DNA from: Massalongia carnosa
Taxonomy: Eukaryota
Length of the DNA: 64,000 nt
Assembly: GCA_965645245.1 (NCBI GenBank)
Contig: OZ287068.1
Coordinates: 2,108,001 to 2,172,000 of the forward strand
Direction: 5' to 3'
Part shown: positions 59,234-64,000 of the stretch, one piece after another
Layout of the letters: each line of letters begins with the position of its first letter
Position numbering within the stretch: position 1 is the first letter of the stretch
Notes under the pieces: model-generated
What the model was told of the DNA's origin: nothing
Databases searched by the model: none
What the model saw: the letters and a program-made list of their open reading frames with translations, nothing else
Translations under genes and position numbers: made by a program

Positions 59234-62200
59234 TATACTCGCTAATTGATTGGTCTCTTTCCGGAATGAAATGTCGTTTTAAGCATTGCTTCATTCTGGT
59301 TATTGCTAACCGAACAAACCGAAAAACATCGAGTATCGAGCACAATCCTTAAGACGATACCAATTGTAAAGTTTCGGCTTGTTTAGAGAACACATTTGTC
59401 AGTTCAATTTTTGATTCATTGTCAGAAGTTGAATATGTTCTATCTCAATATCCAGATTTTCGATACCGGACGGCCAATTACGCTGTCGATGCTCTGACCT
59501 TTGAGTTTTGCAGTCCTCTTCTGAGCGGCGTCCATGAGCAGTAGGACTATATCCGGGAAGAAATACAAGGATCGAGAAGAATGCAAGGGTACAAGACACT
59601 GACTCGGCTTCGTTCGCTAGATTATTTTTGCCGGATCTTTTTGTGCAGGCTTTGAAAGCGATTATAATTGGGTGATGACTGAACAACAGATTCAAAGCCT
59701 CCATCTCAGAAAATCACGAAGGTTCCAAAACCGACGCCGCTAAAGTGAACTCGCTGGAGCTGGAAGTATACAAAGTCGCCCTCAATGATGAAAGTATTCC
59801 TTGGAATACGCGTAAAGTAGATATGAAAGAGATGTTTGATAGGACAAGAAACGGGCCGTGGCCAGAGCGGGTGAATATGCGCAGGACCTTACTTCCCCTT
59901 CATTTCGAAGCTCCTGGAGCGAACCTTGCCTCCCGAATTATTAATAGTGACCGTTGGCTCAATTCACTGATTGGTTCGTGATCGTTTCTCTGTCTGCTAC
60001 ATAAAACCCTCGCGACCCCACTCAAACCATGGAGTACCTGAATGCTCGCAAAGGCAGAGCGCAGGCTTCGGTGTTTCTAGAGCGCAAGATGACCCTAGCC
60101 CCATTGATGCGGTCCAAGAACCAGCCCTCGTTCATGTTCAACCGTATAAATTGCTTATCAGATGCTGACTTTGTTGTCATGAGTAGCCGAATAGGGGCCA
60201 AGATTCTGTGTCGTCCACTCAAACCAGCCTAAAATCATCAGCCTGGTAATCCTGCGTCTGGACTACTTGCTATTTCATATACTTATAACTTCGTAATATT
60301 TGTGAGGGCCGTCATCCCCCAATCCGTCTTGCAATAATGTTCTCCTATACTGGCCTTTGTTCTTTTGCTTTATAGAGTGTTTTCAACGCTTCGTCGGCAG
60401 ATTTTCCCGCTGTTTCTGGGGCGTATTCGCATAGCTTCCTCTATTGAATATGCTCTACCAGGTGTCCAACTAAAAACATAGATTGGGATGAAAGCTATGT
60501 ATGAGTGGTTTCTCTAAAAAAAATTCCATGGATTATATTATGTTCAAAGCCAACAGCAGTAAGATTTGTCAGTAGAATTTTCTAATGAAAAGGTAAATGG
60601 GAAGAGAAATTTAAATGGCCGTTTAGCTGGAGAAGGGCCAGCAGTTCTTCTTTCGATGATAGGTACACCAAAAGGACTCACTCCAACGAAAACCGCAGCT
60701 TGAGAAAAAGTCGCCCTTGGAAAAGTCTAAACTAAGCATGAAAGCCTGGCCTCGCAACTGGCATCTTAGAACCAGGGCCTTTAGGCAATGGCGTGGAAAG
60801 AGAACCAACGTCGTCCGAAAGCACGACAAACAAAGCACACGTACGCTACCTTCGTAACGCGAAGAAAATTCACGCCAAATATATATCAGCCATAGCCTCG
60901 GAGGTATGCTCAGGGGGCAGGCAAACTCCGCTAGCAGGCAGGAAATCGCCGCAGTGTTGCAAAACCCTAAGCACCTTCAATATATTTTCCTTCAAGCTAA
61001 GATTTTATCACTAATAGCCACGTAGTCTAGCTGTAATATCGACGCAAGCGTAAACGCACACCACATCGATTTCGTATACGCACACCACCACGCCCGGTTC
61101 GAATCCCCTGACGGGAATTCGATATTTACCAACTGCTAATTTAACAGAGAGAGATGTACATTGGAAGAAACATTCAAAACCCCTCCCCTTAAGGAATGAA
61201 AATAAAGGGAAATAGAACTGTTTCTTCCTTTGGAACTCTTTTGCCATTTTGAAGTAAAAAGAAAGATGGGTTGAGTTTTCTTTTTCTCGAAGTGCAGAGA
61301 AAAATCAAAACTTCTTGTTGTTTGTTCACTTCTTCTTTTTCTTTCTTTCCTTTCTCGTTTTGCTTCCTCCATTCTTTCATTCATATATGCAACTCCCCTA
61401 TCCCTCGTCTTTCATCTCTCATCTAGCCATTGTTCCCCAACCCCCCTCTCTACCCGTTTCCTCCTCCTCTTCTTCCTCCCTCTTTCAAAAGAGCCTACTT
61501 ACTATCCGCCTATCATCTACCATCTACCAACTACCAACCACTCATCCACCGACCTACTTTTACCTACCTATCTATCTACCTACCTACTTACCCACCTGCC
61601 TGCCTAATCGACCATGAGCAAGAAAATCCATCCATCCGCCAACCACCAACTACCTACCTAACTATAATACCTACCCGCCTTCTCGACCATCCAAACCCCT
61701 TCCCACTCCTCCCTCTCCCAGTTTCTTCAAACAGAACCGGATAAGCAAAGGAAGGTAGGGAGATAGGTGGGTTTTGATCAATTGACTTGATCAATAAATT
61801 AATTGATCAATAGGTTTGGCACAGGTTAGGTATGGAGTGAGTGGGTACTTGAGTGGGTACTTGAGTGGGCACTTGGTAGGTATTGACTATTTAGGAACAG
61901 CCGGTAGCCGGTACCGGGACTTGAGATAAATGGATAGATGATAGGATTCAATAAACTCGACGGATCCGACGGATCCAACGGATTCAATAACAATGCCGAG
62001 AGCAGAAAACACCTAGCTTGAAGGATGGGAAGGTTTTTGGATTGGGAGAACGATACGATAGCATCCACGAGAATGAATAGGTGCTTACTTACTACTTTGG
62101 GGTTTGGGGATTTTAGGACTTGAGATGGATGGGATGAATGGATGATAGGTACGATAGGTAGAACAGATACGATAGCTAAAGCACGAATAAGTAAAAATAG

Positions 62201-62690
62201 CAGCTATCAAACCGCAGGCTCGAAAGGCTCAGCCAATTTAGCCACACTCTTCATCAAGTTAACATGTGTGAAATTCTCCACTTAGCTTGATTGATTAACT
62301 AACTAAATATATAAATCCTGCATGGAGGCTTATGTTGGCTTTTTTTTTCTTTTTCCTTTTCCTTTTTTTCGACTCAATGGACCGAGTCTGGGGGGGGTAA
62401 AATATGGATGTATGTAAGATGGATGCGAAGAGAACAAAAGGGAAGGTTTGGCATGATTAGTTACCCGAATCTGTTCTGGAGATGTGGACAAGACAAAAAC
62501 AAAACAAAAGAAGATAGATAACTTAAAGGTGAAAAAGAAAAGGCGGAAGGAAGTTTACACGAACGTTTGTTTTTTCAAGCCCCATGATAAAAATATGTTC
62601 ACGCGGGCGACGCCGCAGCAAAAAGCAAACGTCAAACACTCACCCCGCCAAGGAAATTCCCACGTCCTTGCCCACCATGCACCACCCGAC

Positions 62691-64000
<1,310 letters not shown>

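Noticed and set aside
61017..61117. Functional tRNA gene
   Set aside because: No cloverleaf: T-stem CCCGG/CCCCT mismatched and no acceptor stem. Kept only as a B-box finding.

Overview
Nuclear DNA of a filamentous ascomycete (Pezizomycotina): short GT-AG introns with CTRAC-type branch points and low-complexity intergenic tracts. Left to right: 3' end of a salicylate-hydroxylase-like FAD monooxygenase; a full-length but disrupted Tad1-like LINE with a 14-bp target-site duplication; an ~855-aa gene fusing a PTH11-like 7TM domain in frame to a FucP-type MFS sugar permease (my best candidate for an under-described system, a possible transceptor); the sulfur regulator metR/cys-3; a DUF1275 membrane protein; a large unknown multi-exon gene; a Tc1-like transposon with an intact DD38E transposase, 107-bp TIRs and no TA duplication; an amino-acid permease; a DHA2/Vba-like MFS transporter; two adjacent pseudogenes (SCP2-type thiolase, YakC-like aldo-keto reductase); a divergent pair of secreted proteins (thaumatin-like; double six-cysteine module); MED5; RNR1; a small Cys/His-rich ORF; an orphan secreted protein; a DUF1349 protein; and the 3' part of gdhA. 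Family calls come from motif recognition by eye. No database search or computation was run, so novelty cannot be confirmed here.
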